Of a stretch of 64,000 nt of DNA, positions 10,248-20,262 are shown one piece after another (positions within the stretch are counted from its first letter, which is position 1; each line of letters starts with the position of its first letter). The translations under genes were made by a program, and so were the position numbers. Where the stretch lies: positions 64,001-128,000 of the forward strand of contig CAVPOC010000001.1 in the NCBI GenBank assembly GCA_963706955.1, given 5' to 3'. Source of the DNA: an uncultured Verrucomicrobiae bacterium. GTDB lineage: Bacteria; Verrucomicrobiota; Verrucomicrobiia; Chthoniobacterales; Terrimicrobiaceae. The notes under the pieces were generated by a model, which worked only from the letters and a program-made list of their open reading frames with translations, was not told where the DNA came from and searched no databases.

Positions 10248-11031
10248 CTACTGGTCGACCGATTGGTAGATAACGTTGTCCCCGGGCGAAATCGTCGTGC
10301 CTTGTGGCACGCTATTGCCGACGATGTCTGCGATGGACGTAGAGGGCTCTACGGAGGTCACACGAACCTTGCCGATGTATTGCGAGCCGCGTTTGACGAG
10401 AAGCTCAGCGTTATTCACAACCCCGTTCTTGTCGCCCAGGCTGAGGACGACGAAGTTCCACGCAGGATTGACGGCCAGCACTCTCCCGGATAGTCCGTTC
10501 CGCATCTTCTGCTGCAGTGCGGTCGTCCTTCTCCTTTTGCAATGTGGCCAATTGGAAGCGAGCCGAGTCGAGATCACCTTGCAATTTGGAAATTAAGGTT
10601 TGCTGTTCGGCAACCTGGGCCTGTTGGTCACCTCCCCCTTCGGTCGGGCTGGCAGAACCGGGCGTGCTCTTCTGTTCAAGCTCTTGAGTTTTCGCCTGCA
10701 GATCCGCGGTCAGTTGACTGATCTGCGCTTCCAAGGAAGTTCTGTCGTTGGTCAGTTGCGCCACCTGCGATTTGCTCTTTTCCAGATCGGTCTGCACTCC
10801 CGAGAGCCGCGACGTGAGCTGATCCTTTTCGGTAACCGTGGTCGACAGATTCTGGGCTGCTGTTTTGAGATCGCCCTGCGCCTTGGCCAATTGCGTCTTC
10901 GTCTGACTGACGGTAGTCTCCGCGTCCGCAGCCCGCTTCTTCACCTCAGCGAACTTCACCTGATTCAAATACCCCAAACCAGCGGATACAGCGGTCAGGA
11001 GTATCGCAAGGATAACCAGAAATTTTCCCAT
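10248..11031 (-). CDS. Membrane-anchored coiled-coil protein with C-terminal beta domain (frameshift near 10518)
   Basis: N-terminal TM MGKFLVILAILLTAVSAGLGYL, long heptad region, then in a shifted frame GRVLAVNPAWNFVVLSLG...KVRVTSVEPSTSIADI. Confidence 0.75.
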
Positions 11032-11103
11032 AGTTGCAGGAGGCGATCGATTCGGAGAAAACGCAAGCGGATCGGTAACAGATCCCTTTAGGTACCGCAA
11101 GAG

Positions 11104-11127
11104 GCAAAATCACACAAATGATTTTGC
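11104..11127. promoter_or_regulatory. Perfect inverted repeat, candidate operator in a divergent promoter region
   Basis: GCAAAATCA-cacaaa-TGATTTTGC. Confidence 0.45.
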
Positions 11128-11297
11128 AATTGCCAGACCATCCTAGCTGGTTAGCTTTGACATTGCCAGGGACTATGGATTGCAGACGGAAGAACCCCGC
11201 CAGGGCAGGAATGCAGCAACGGTATTTCGCTTTGCTTTGCTGTAGTTCTCTGGCGCTTTCTTGACTCCTCCATGGGGACAAGTACTCTTCAAGTGAG

Positions 11298-11780
11298 ATG
11301 GACGCAACTGTGTTAGAGCGCGTGCGCGAGAGCCTGCAGGAGTTTCTCACCAGCAAGGGCATGCGCCGAACGATCCAGCGCGAGGCGATCATCGATGCAG
11401 CCTTCGGAACAAAGGAGCATTTCACTGCTGAGGAGCTGCTCTCCATGGCCAGACGCATCGAGAAGTCCGTTTCGCGCGCCACGGTTTATCGGACCTTGCC
11501 GCTGCTGGTGAAAAGCGGCTTGCTCCATGAACTAGACCTCGGGTCAGACACCAAGATTTACGATCCAAATTTCGTCGAGCATCCCACCCACAACCACCTG
11601 ATATGCGTGGATTGCAACCGAATCATCGAGTTCGAAGATACCAACATCGAGCTTCTCGAAAATTGTATCTCGCGACGGCTCGGGTTTTCTCCTTCAAGCA
11701 AAGCGGTGACCATTGAGGGTCACTGTGACGAATTGAAACTGAAGGGAACTTGTCGCAACCGTCGACGCCCGACTTCGTAA
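11298..11780 (+). CDS. Fur-family transcriptional regulator
   Basis: HFTAEEL, VSRATVYRTL, HNHLICVDC..IIEF; possible TTGACT-N16-TACTCT promoter at 11261-11288. Confidence 0.92.
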   Translation: MDATVLERVRESLQEFLTSKGMRRTIQREAIIDAAFGTKEHFTAEELLSMARRIEKSVSRATVYRTLPLLVKSGLLHELDLGSDTKIYDPNFVEHPTHNHLICVDCNRIIEFEDTNIELLENCISRRLGFSPSSKAVTIEGHCDELKLKGTCRNRRRPTS

Positions 11781-11785
11781 GCGTC

Positions 11786-13153
11786 ATGTGGCAGGGACGC
11801 TTCCGGCAGGCGCCCTCCAGCCTGCTCAAATCATACAGCGAATCAGTATCCTTCGACTGGCGGCTCTATCGCCAAGACATTCGCGGCAGCATCGCTCACG
11901 CTCGGGCCTTGCAGAGAGCAGGAATTCTCTCCGCGGAGGAGTTCGGGCAGATCGAGGGCACCTTGCGCGTAATCAAGGAAGAGATCGACGACGGCCACTT
12001 TGTTTTTGATCCGGAGCTCGAGGACGTGCACATGAATATCGAAGCGGAGTTGACCCGGCGGATTGGAGCGACCGGGGCCAAGTTGCACACGGCGCGTAGC
12101 CGCAACGATCAGGTCGCGCTCGACCTTCGGCTCTACTTGCGCGACGAAACCGAGGTCTTGCAGGGAGCGATCGTTTCCTTTCAAAGAGCCTTGGTCGATT
12201 TGGCCCAGAGACATGTCAATGCCCATGCGCCAGGTTACACACACCTTCAACGGGCCCAGCCCATTTTCATTGCTCATCATTTACTTGCCTACGTAGAAAT
12301 GGCTGCACGTGACTCAAACCGATTGAGCGATTGCGCAGCGCGCCTGGATGAAATGCCCTTGGGAGCCGGCGCGCTTGCCGGTTCAACGATCGTGTTGGAT
12401 CGCGAGGCAGTGGCGCGCGAGCTGGGATTTTCGGCGGTCGCACAAAATAGCATCGATGCAGTCTCCGATCGGGATTTCGCCTGCGAGCTGCTCGCCGCAC
12501 TGGCGATCTTGGGCATGCATCTCTCCCGACTCAGTGAAGACGTGGTTCTTTGGAGTTCGGCGGAGTTCGGCTATCTCGAGCTGAGCGACCGACACACCAC
12601 CGGCTCAAGTTTAATGCCGCAAAAGAAAAACCCTGATGTGGCTGAGCTCACGCGCGGCAAGACCGGGCGACTCTATGGCAACCTGATCTCCCTCCTCACT
12701 ACGATGAAGGGTTTGCCGCTCGCCTACAACCGCGATATGCAGGAAGATAAGGAAGCGATCTTCGACTCTGTGGACACCGCCAAGGCCGCCTTGCAGATCT
12801 TCGCCGAGATGATGGAGGGCGCCAGCTTTCGAGAGGATGTGATGGCACGAGCGGCTGCCGATCCGAATCTGCTCGCCACCGATCTCGCCGACCGCTTGGT
12901 GCTTGCGGGCATCCCTTTTCGACAGGCGCACGAGATTGTCGGCAAACTAGTGTCGCTGGCCGCGCAGAGAAACGTCTCCCTGGCCGAGCTTGATCCCGAT
13001 GTGTTCATGGATGCTGCGCCAGTGCTCACGCCGCAGGTGGTGCGGGAAGTCTTTCGCGTGGATAACGCTTTGGCGGCACGCCGGGCACCGGGCGCTCCCT
13101 CGAGCGAAAATGTTGCTCAAAGGATGGCTTATTGGAAACGTGTGCTGGCATGA
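11786..13153 (+). CDS. argH: Argininosuccinate lyase
   Basis: MWQGRF, EDVH, LHTARSRNDQ, PGYTHLQRAQP, GSSLMPQKKNPD, YNRDMQEDKE. Confidence 0.97.
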   Translation: MWQGRFRQAPSSLLKSYSESVSFDWRLYRQDIRGSIAHARALQRAGILSAEEFGQIEGTLRVIKEEIDDGHFVFDPELEDVHMNIEAELTRRIGATGAKLHTARSRNDQVALDLRLYLRDETEVLQGAIVSFQRALVDLAQRHVNAHAPGYTHLQRAQPIFIAHHLLAYVEMAARDSNRLSDCAARLDEMPLGAGALAGSTIVLDREAVARELGFSAVAQNSIDAVSDRDFACELLAALAILGMHLSRLSEDVVLWSSAEFGYLELSDRHTTGSSLMPQKKNPDVAELTRGKTGRLYGNLISLLTTMKGLPLAYNRDMQEDKEAIFDSVDTAKAALQIFAEMMEGASFREDVMARAAADPNLLATDLADRLVLAGIPFRQAHEIVGKLVSLAAQRNVSLAELDPDVFMDAAPVLTPQVVREVFRVDNALAARRAPGAPSSENVAQRMAYWKRVLA

Positions 13154-13719
13154 GCTCTGATCAACAGTGGCGCATTCTTCGCAGTGAGAGCCTGTGCGAC
13201 ACTCCCTATTTGCGCGTCAATCGTCAGCACGTGGCCACGCCGTCACGCCCGGAGGGGGTCACGTGGATGGTGGCCAGGCGCCACACGGCCGCGGTGGTAG
13301 CCCCGCAGACGATTGACGGAAAGTTTATCCTGATTCGCCAGGAGCGAATCGCGGTGCAGAGAGTTCTTTGGGAGTTTCCGGCCGGCCAGGTGGATGGTGA
13401 AGTCAATGCAGCGTCCATATATCAGACGGCCTTGCGTGAACTCGGGGAAGAGGCTGGTGTTTCCTGTTCGAGCGAGCTGATTCCCTTGGGCTATTTTTTC
13501 TCCTCGGTCGGATTTACGGACGAATGTTGCCACCTCTTCCTGGCTCGGGATGTCATTCCCCGCGCCGAAGGCTTCGATCATGACGAACATGAAGCGATCG
13601 TCGAGGTGCACGCGTTTTCCGAGAGCGAACTGACTGAATTGATCGGTTCTGGCGAAATTGTCGATTCGAATACTCTGGCCACCTATGCCAGATTGAAAGC
13701 GCGGAGATTGATTGAATGA
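13150..13719 (+). CDS. NUDIX hydrolase (ADP-ribose pyrophosphatase-like)
   Basis: Nudix box EFPAGQVD...ALRELGEEAG; ATGA overlap with argH. Confidence 0.88.
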   Translation: MSSDQQWRILRSESLCDTPYLRVNRQHVATPSRPEGVTWMVARRHTAAVVAPQTIDGKFILIRQERIAVQRVLWEFPAGQVDGEVNAASIYQTALRELGEEAGVSCSSELIPLGYFFSSVGFTDECCHLFLARDVIPRAEGFDHDEHEAIVEVHAFSESELTELIGSGEIVDSNTLATYARLKARRLIE

Positions 13720-14510
13720 ATTGGCGCCGCTTTTTTGACTTTCGGGAGCTGAGAGACGAACCGAAGCCTTTTCTCGAGCACATCGAGGATCTTCGGCGGA
13801 TGCTCATCAAAATGCTTGTTGTCCTCGCTTTGATGATGGCGGTGGCGTTTGCATTTCAAAAGAGGATCGTCGAGCTGATTGAGCGGCCCTTGCTGGCGTT
13901 CGATCCGGAACGCACCAGCCTGACCAACTTTGGCGTCGCGGATCCGTTGACCATTGCGATTGAGCTCTCTTTTTATGCCGGGTTGGTCCTGGCCTTCCCA
14001 TTTCTGGTGCTTTTTCTGGCCGAGTTTATCCTGCCGGCGCTCACGCCAAAGGAGAGGCGCCTGCTTTATCCGGCAGCGGTCGTCTCGTTCGGCTTGTTCC
14101 TGGTCGGCGTGTTCTTCGCCTACTATTGCGTGCTGCCCCCAACGCTCGACTATTTCTTCAACTACTCAAAGGCGCTCAATTGGAAGCCACTCTGGAGTGT
14201 GCGCGAGTATTTTTCCTTCACGACTCAGTTTGTCGTCTCGTTTGGTCTCGCGTTCGAGCTTCCGCTGGCTGTCTTGCTGCTGGTGAAGCTGGAAATATTG
14301 AGCTACGAAGTGTTGCAGAAGACGCGCGCGTTTGCGGTCATCATTATCCTTTTCCTGGCGGCAATTATCACGCCGACAACGGATATGTTGACGTTAATCC
14401 TGATGGCAGGGCCGATGTATCTGCTCTATGAGGGATGCATCCTGATCGCCTGGCTGATGGAAAGGAAAGTTCGGCGTCAATCTCTCGCGGCGAATTCGAC
14501 ACGCGGATGA
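13716..14510 (+). CDS. tatC: Twin-arginine translocase subunit TatC
   Basis: PFLEHIEDLRR, FILPAL, FGLAFELP, AAIITP..D, PMYLLYE. Confidence 0.95.
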   Translation: MNWRRFFDFRELRDEPKPFLEHIEDLRRMLIKMLVVLALMMAVAFAFQKRIVELIERPLLAFDPERTSLTNFGVADPLTIAIELSFYAGLVLAFPFLVLFLAEFILPALTPKERRLLYPAAVVSFGLFLVGVFFAYYCVLPPTLDYFFNYSKALNWKPLWSVREYFSFTTQFVVSFGLAFELPLAVLLLVKLEILSYEVLQKTRAFAVIIILFLAAIITPTTDMLTLILMAGPMYLLYEGCILIAWLMERKVRRQSLAANSTRG

Positions 14511-16312
14511 ACCTGGAGGTGGGCGGCAATCTCCGCCGCAAAAGCGTTGCCAAATTCCTGAAGTTTGCGTTGCCCGACTCCAAAGATTCCCCCGAGAGCC
14601 TCTCTTGTTGCCGGGTATCGGCGCGCCATCTCGCGTAAGGTTGCATCGCCAAAGATGACGTAGGCAGGGACGCCACGCTCGTCGGCCAACCGTTTGCGGA
14701 CCGCGCGCAGTCGACCAAAGAGGGCTTCGTCGCATTCGATCTCTCCGGCGCGTCGCGGTGGGGGCTTTGTTTTGGGTCGCGCCATCGGGCGTGCCAGCAT
14801 GATGATCGTGCGTGAGCGCAAGGCACTCAGGCCAGAGGGTGTAATCTCCACGACGGGGAACTCGCTGTCTGACTGCAGGAGATAACCTTGGCGGAGAAGT
14901 TCCCGACCGACCGCCGCCCATTCTTTGCGGTCAACATCTGCACCGATCCCGTAGGTGGTCAATGTATGGTGATTCCAGCGACGAACTTTCTCGGTGCTGG
15001 CACCGGTCAAAACATCGATGACGTGGTTCATTCCCGTGCTCAGTTGGCTCGCTTCCCGAATACGAAAGACGCAGGAGAGCAACTTTTGGGAGACAGTTGT
15101 CCCGTCGTAGCTGGCGCGTGGTGCGAGGCAATTGTCGCATGCATCGCACTGCGTGGCGGATTGCTCTCCGAAGTAGGCAAGGAGTGCGTGCCTCCGGCAG
15201 GCGGATGATTCCGAGTAAGAGATCATCTCGCGCAGTTGTCGCCGAGCGACCCGCTGTTCCTGCGGCGTGGACATTCCATTGATGAAATGAGCCTGCTTGG
15301 CTGCATCTCCCGCGCTGAACAGCAGCAGGCAATCTGCCGGCAGACCATCGCGTCCGGCTCGGCCTGTTTCCTGATAGTAGGCTTCAAGATTTTTTGGAAG
15401 ATCGTGATGGATCACCCACCGCACGTTCGGTTTGTTGATCCCCATCCCGAAAGCGATGGTCGCACAGATGATGTGGACTTCGTCGCGCAGGAAGAGTTCC
15501 TGCGTCGCGGTCCGGACATCGATCGGCAAGCCTGCGTGATAAGGCCGCGTGGCCAGTCCGCGAGCTGCCAGCGACGCAGCCAAACGTTCGGTGGTCGCGC
15601 GTGTCGCGCAATAGACGATGCCGCTCTCCTGTTTGCGCTTGCCCGCGAAATCAAGAATTTGCCGAAGCGGCTGATCCTTCGGAATCACCTGGTAGGCGAG
15701 ATTCGGACGATTGAAGCTCGCGATGAAAACGGCTGGATCAGTTAGGTTCAGATGGCTACTGATGTCTGTTCTCACCCCAGGGGTCGCGGTGGCGGTTAAC
15801 GCCAGAATTGGGACTTCGGGTAGCAACGCTCGGAGTTCACCGAGTTGACGGTATTCCGGCCGGAAGTCGTGCCCCCACTCGGAAATGCAATGCGCTTCAT
15901 CGATGACCAGGGCTCTGACGTTCCAGGCGCGAAGGTTATCCTTCCAATCATCAAGCAATAACCGTTCCGGTGCAGCGTAAAGCAGACAGTATTCCCGTTG
16001 GTGTAAGCGGCGAAGCCGTGCCCGGGCCTCGCCAACCTCGAGGGTGGAGTTGAGAAAGGTTGCCGCGACGCCGGCCGTCTGCAGTTGGTCGACCTGGTCT
16101 TTCATCAGGGCAATCAGCGGGGACACCACCACGGTGAGACCATTGCGAATTAATGCCGGGAGCTGAAAACATAGCGATTTTCCCCCTCCCGTCGGCAGCA
16201 AGGCTAACACGTCCCGACCTTCGAGGGTTGCTTCGATGATCTGCCGCTGCAAAGGCCGAAACTCGCGGTAACCAAATGTCCGATTCAGCGTGTCGAGCAG
16301 AAGGTCAGGCAT
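14477..16312 (-). CDS. recQ: DNA helicase RecQ
   Basis: LPTGGGKSLCFQLP, DEAHCISEWGHDFRP, QETGRAGRDG, Zn-binding CRR..CDACDNC, RQC and HRDC domains. Confidence 0.97.
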   Translation of the reverse strand: MPDLLLDTLNRTFGYREFRPLQRQIIEATLEGRDVLALLPTGGGKSLCFQLPALIRNGLTVVVSPLIALMKDQVDQLQTAGVAATFLNSTLEVGEARARLRRLHQREYCLLYAAPERLLLDDWKDNLRAWNVRALVIDEAHCISEWGHDFRPEYRQLGELRALLPEVPILALTATATPGVRTDISSHLNLTDPAVFIASFNRPNLAYQVIPKDQPLRQILDFAGKRKQESGIVYCATRATTERLAASLAARGLATRPYHAGLPIDVRTATQELFLRDEVHIICATIAFGMGINKPNVRWVIHHDLPKNLEAYYQETGRAGRDGLPADCLLLFSAGDAAKQAHFINGMSTPQEQRVARRQLREMISYSESSACRRHALLAYFGEQSATQCDACDNCLAPRASYDGTTVSQKLLSCVFRIREASQLSTGMNHVIDVLTGASTEKVRRWNHHTLTTYGIGADVDRKEWAAVGRELLRQGYLLQSDSEFPVVEITPSGLSALRSRTIIMLARPMARPKTKPPPRRAGEIECDEALFGRLRAVRKRLADERGVPAYVIFGDATLREMARRYPATREALGGIFGVGQRKLQEFGNAFAAEIAAHLQVHPRVEFAARD

Positions 16313-16387
16313 GAAAATCTCGACTATAGCGCCTCGGCCTTGGTTGAGGAATGAAGAAGCGATTCGCGGGGGCCGCGCTCTCCAGCG

Positions 16388-16424
16388 AAAAAGGCCCCGG
16401 CGCTAACAGCGACCGGGGCCTTTT
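16388..16424. terminator. Bidirectional Rho-independent terminator
   Basis: AAAAAGGCCCCGG-cgctaacagcga-CCGGGGCCTTTT. Confidence 0.8.
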
Positions 16425-16448
16425 CCGCGGGAGGGAAATTCCTGCCGA

Positions 16449-16784
16449 TTACAGCTTCATTTTGACCATCGCCTCATGTTCCTCGTCGCTACAAGGCGCG
16501 TTCAAAGGAATGTCTGTGGACTTCTCGGTTGAACCAACCAGCCCATTCTCAAGGAGATATCCTTCTAGCTCTTCGCCGCTAATGTCGGCGAGCATTGTGC
16601 CGTTGACGACTACACAAGGTGAGAGCGGTTGGCCGCTCAGTTGTTCCATCTCAAAGCGGAATTCCGGGTTCTTGATGATGTCCTTTTCCTGATAGGGAGT
16701 GTTATACTTCGCAAGGACGGCGCGGACGCCTCTGCTCCATCCACAGTGGGTCTTCAAGTAAGCCGTGATTTCAATGTTAGCCAT
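16449..16784 (-). CDS. Glutaredoxin-like protein (monothiol CGWS)
   Basis: Thioredoxin fold YLKTHCGWS..., SGQPLSPCVVVNG. Confidence 0.8.
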   Translation of the reverse strand: MANIEITAYLKTHCGWSRGVRAVLAKYNTPYQEKDIIKNPEFRFEMEQLSGQPLSPCVVVNGTMLADISGEELEGYLLENGLVGSTEKSTDIPLNAPCSDEEHEAMVKMKL

Positions 16785-16822
16785 GGTTGTAGAATCTACC
16801 TGAACTTCGCCGAAGACGCTCG

Positions 16823-18517
16823 TTATTTCTTTCTCTTGGAGTCGCCGGGACGGTATTCCTCCTCGGCCACTTCGAAGGCTTGGGCCAATCCGACCATGTC
16901 CTCCCCGGGCCTCAAGGTGTCAAGGGTCTCGGCCTCACGGCGGAGAGCGTCCTGGTCATAATTTGCCGCCTTGATAGAGAGACCGATGCGGCGTTCGGCC
17001 TTGTCTACCTTGATCACACGCGCCTCGACCTCCTGACCGACTTTAAGAGCGTCTTTGACCTTCTCGACGCGATCTTCGCTGATTTGGGAAATGTGGACCA
17101 AGCCATCGATGTCGTCCTGAAGTTGGACAAACGCCCCGAAATTCGTGATTTTGGTGACCGTTCCCTTGACCAGGTCGCCGATCTTGAAGCGCGTATCGAT
17201 TTCCTTCCACGGATCGTCCTCGAGTTGCTTGGTTCCCAGACTGATCCGCTGGTTAACCTTGTCGATATCGATGACCACTGCCTCGATTTCGTCGCCCTTT
17301 TTCAGCACTTCGCTCGGATGATTGATCTTGCGGGTCCATGAAAGATCCGAGACGTGGATCATGCCATCGATGCCTTCTTCCAATTCCACGAAGGCACCGT
17401 AAGCCGTCATGTTGCGGACCGTGCCCTTGACCTGCTTCCCGATCATGTAGCGGACTTCGATTTCGTCCCACGGATTCGGCTCGAGCTGACGGACCCCCAG
17501 CGAGATTTTTTGCTCGTCCTTATTTACTCCGAGGACCACTGCCTCGATCTCCTGTCCCAGCGTAAGAACATCGGAAGGGCGCGCGACGCGCTTGGTCCAG
17601 GACAGCTCCGAGACGTGAATGAGGCCCTCGACGCCTTCCTCGATTTGAACGAATGCCCCGTAAGGCATTAGGCTGATAACTTTGCCTTTGACTCTCTGAC
17701 CGACAGGGAAGCGCTCTTCAATCCGATCCCACGGATTGGACTGCATTTGTTTCATTCCCAAGGAGACGCGCTCCTTGTCTCGGTTGATATCGAGGACTTG
17801 GACTTCAACGTGCTGGCCGACCTTCAGCATTTCCCCCGGATGGGTCAGCCGCGCCCACGACATGTCGGTGACATGCAGGAGACCGTCGATGCCGTCCAGA
17901 TCGATGAAGGCCCCGAAATCAGTGATATTCTTGACCGTTCCATTGACTCGATCGCCGATGTTGACGCTGCTCAGAAATCTCTGCCGCTTTTCCGCGCGCT
18001 CCTGCTCGATGATTTCTCGCCGACTCAGGACGACGTTTTTGCGCTCTTCGTTGATCTTGACGATCTTAAAATCGTAGGTGTTGCCGACAAACCCCTGTAA
18101 ATCTTTGGGAGGAACGATGTCGATTTGAGACGCGGGAAGAAAGGCCTCTACGCCTACATTAACGGTCAGCCCACCTTTGACGACGGCTTTTACTTTTCCC
18201 TTGATCAGGCCCTCGCCCTTGAAGACAGAAACGATCTTTTCCCAGTTCTGGCGGGCCGCGGCCTTCTCCTTGGACAAAACCACCATGCCCTCGTCATTTT
18301 CCAGCCGTTCGAGAAGCACCTCGATCTCGTCGCCAACTTCCACGTCTGAGGGGTCTTCGAATTCGCTCGCCGGGATCACCCCTTCACTCTTGTAACCGAT
18401 ATCCACCAGAAATTCTCGAGGGCGGACTTCGAGGATATGTCCCTTGACGATGCTACCCTCGCGGTAGTTCTTGACCGACTTGGCGATCAGTTCCTGCAGT
18501 TCTGCCATAATGGCCAT
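16823..18517 (-). CDS. rpsA: 30S ribosomal protein S1
   Basis: Six S1 repeats (FGAFIDL.GIDGLLHVTDMSW etc.), DIGYKSEG. Confidence 0.98.
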   Translation of the reverse strand: MAIMAELQELIAKSVKNYREGSIVKGHILEVRPREFLVDIGYKSEGVIPASEFEDPSDVEVGDEIEVLLERLENDEGMVVLSKEKAAARQNWEKIVSVFKGEGLIKGKVKAVVKGGLTVNVGVEAFLPASQIDIVPPKDLQGFVGNTYDFKIVKINEERKNVVLSRREIIEQERAEKRQRFLSSVNIGDRVNGTVKNITDFGAFIDLDGIDGLLHVTDMSWARLTHPGEMLKVGQHVEVQVLDINRDKERVSLGMKQMQSNPWDRIEERFPVGQRVKGKVISLMPYGAFVQIEEGVEGLIHVSELSWTKRVARPSDVLTLGQEIEAVVLGVNKDEQKISLGVRQLEPNPWDEIEVRYMIGKQVKGTVRNMTAYGAFVELEEGIDGMIHVSDLSWTRKINHPSEVLKKGDEIEAVVIDIDKVNQRISLGTKQLEDDPWKEIDTRFKIGDLVKGTVTKITNFGAFVQLQDDIDGLVHISQISEDRVEKVKDALKVGQEVEARVIKVDKAERRIGLSIKAANYDQDALRREAETLDTLRPGEDMVGLAQAFEVAEEEYRPGDSKRKK

Positions 18518-18655
18518 CTTATTGTTATTGTGTTTATTAAATCGGCCCGAACGCCTTTTTCACAAGAGTGAGGACGTCGGCCAGACAACGGCATCCGACC
18601 GCTAACGGGTTTGCAAGATTAAAGAGCCTGGGTCAGAAAGCAAATACAAAAAGCG

Positions 18656-19537
18656 CTATTGCCAGCGTTTGAGCGACTCCTCGTGCATGTGACGCTTGCG
18701 AAGCCATTTCGAGGTAATCCCGTATTTCGGTCCGAAGAGGTAAGCGCCGACAAAGAGAGTTCCAAGCACGAGAATAATGGCGGGGCCGGATGGAATGTTC
18801 GCCCAAAACGAGATGTGTAGCCCTGCGATTGCGCTTAAGGCGCCGATGACCCCACCTCCCCAAGACATTGCAGCGTAGGAATCACAGAGCAGATAGATAG
18901 TGGCTGCCGGGAGGACAAGAAGGCCAAGCGAAAGAAGCACGCCAATCGCCTGGAGCGATGAAACCATCGCCAACACAATGAGAATGACCAGCAAGGCAAG
19001 AAGAAGGCCGACTCGGATACCCTGGGTGCGGGCGACTGAGGCCTCGAAGAGCGCCAGCAGCAAGGGTCGCTGAAGCGCCACGAGAGAAAGCAACGTGACC
19101 ACGCTGATCAAATAGCTGGTCAGGAGGTCGGTGTCGGCAATACCGAGAACGTTTCCGAAGAGGAAGTGCTCGAGGCTAATTTTGACGCGAGCATACTTGA
19201 TGAGAGCGATGCCAAGGGCGAAGGCGAAGATGTAGAGCGCCGCCACGGCCGTCTCATCCTTGACGCGCGAGCTGCTGGCAATCACATGCCCGCCGAGTGC
19301 CACAAAAATCGCGGCAAAGAGTCCCCCCAGCAGCAGGCCGCCGGGGTTCAGGCCAATCATCATCGCGGCCAATGCGAGTCCTGGCAGCATCGAATGGGAG
19401 AGCGCGTCTGCCACGAGCGCAAGGCGTCGCAAGACGACGTATGCTCCGAGAAAGCCATTGGTAAAGCCGATCAGCACGCATGCCACCAGGGCCCTGCGCA
19501 TGAACTCGTATTCAAACGGCTCTACGATCCAGTTCAT
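18656..19537 (-). CDS. Zn/Mn ABC transporter permease (ZnuB/MntB family)
   Basis: LRRLALVADALSHSMLPG, LFGNVL, IPSGPAII; His-containing tail. Confidence 0.92.
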   Translation of the reverse strand: MNWIVEPFEYEFMRRALVACVLIGFTNGFLGAYVVLRRLALVADALSHSMLPGLALAAMMIGLNPGGLLLGGLFAAIFVALGGHVIASSSRVKDETAVAALYIFAFALGIALIKYARVKISLEHFLFGNVLGIADTDLLTSYLISVVTLLSLVALQRPLLLALFEASVARTQGIRVGLLLALLVILIVLAMVSSLQAIGVLLSLGLLVLPAATIYLLCDSYAAMSWGGGVIGALSAIAGLHISFWANIPSGPAIILVLGTLFVGAYLFGPKYGITSKWLRKRHMHEESLKRWQ

Positions 19538-20262
19538 CGCTTGCGTCCGGTGAAGATCCGAGTCGAAAAGGCTCGATCGATATTCTCGCTAGTGAGCGTC
19601 TGATCGGTGGGCCCGAACGCCACCAATTCGCCGTTGAGAATGAGCACGTGGTCGAAAAGCTCCCGCGCGTCGACAAGATTGTGGTGCGAGACGATGAGCA
19701 GTTTGCCGGAATCTCGCAATCGGTGAATGGCCGCCGCAAACGCCTGGGAAGCATTCTTGTCCAATCCCCCAAATGGCTCGTCCAGCAGATAGATTTCGGC
19801 CTGTTGCGCCCACGCGCGAGCGAGAAAGGCGCGCTGCTGCTGTCCGCCCGAAAGCGCCTTAAGTTGCCGATTGGCGAAAGCGGTTAGATCGGCGACCTGA
19901 AGAGCTTCACCAACGATGGCTTGGTCCTGCACGCCGAACGGCCTCCAGAGACCGAGCACCGAGTAGCGTCCCATCTCGGCCAGCCCGCGCACCGTGATCG
20001 GAAAATCCCAGTCTATGGCTTCGCGTTGGGGGACATAAGTAATCAGACGCGCATCGGCAGTCCGATGGCCGTTGAAACTGATCTGCCCGGTTTCGATGGG
20101 TAACAATCCTGCCAGCGCTTTCAGCAAGGTAGTCTTGCCGGCTCCGTTGGGTCCAAGCAATCCGATGCACGAGCCACTTGCCAGCTGAACGTCCAGGTGA
20201 TGGACAGCGGGAATTCGGTGATACGAGACCGTCAAATCTTCGATGAGCAGCCGGCCGGTCAC
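19534..20262 (-). CDS. Zn/Mn ABC transporter ATP-binding protein (ZnuC/MntA family)
   Basis: GPNGAGKTT, YVPQRE.IDWDFP, LSGGQQQR, LLDEP; GTG start overlaps the upstream stop. Confidence 0.92.
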   Translation of the reverse strand: MTGRLLIEDLTVSYHRIPAVHHLDVQLASGSCIGLLGPNGAGKTTLLKALAGLLPIETGQISFNGHRTADARLITYVPQREAIDWDFPITVRGLAEMGRYSVLGLWRPFGVQDQAIVGEALQVADLTAFANRQLKALSGGQQQRAFLARAWAQQAEIYLLDEPFGGLDKNASQAFAAAIHRLRDSGKLLIVSHHNLVDARELFDHVLILNGELVAFGPTDQTLTSENIDRAFSTRIFTGRKR

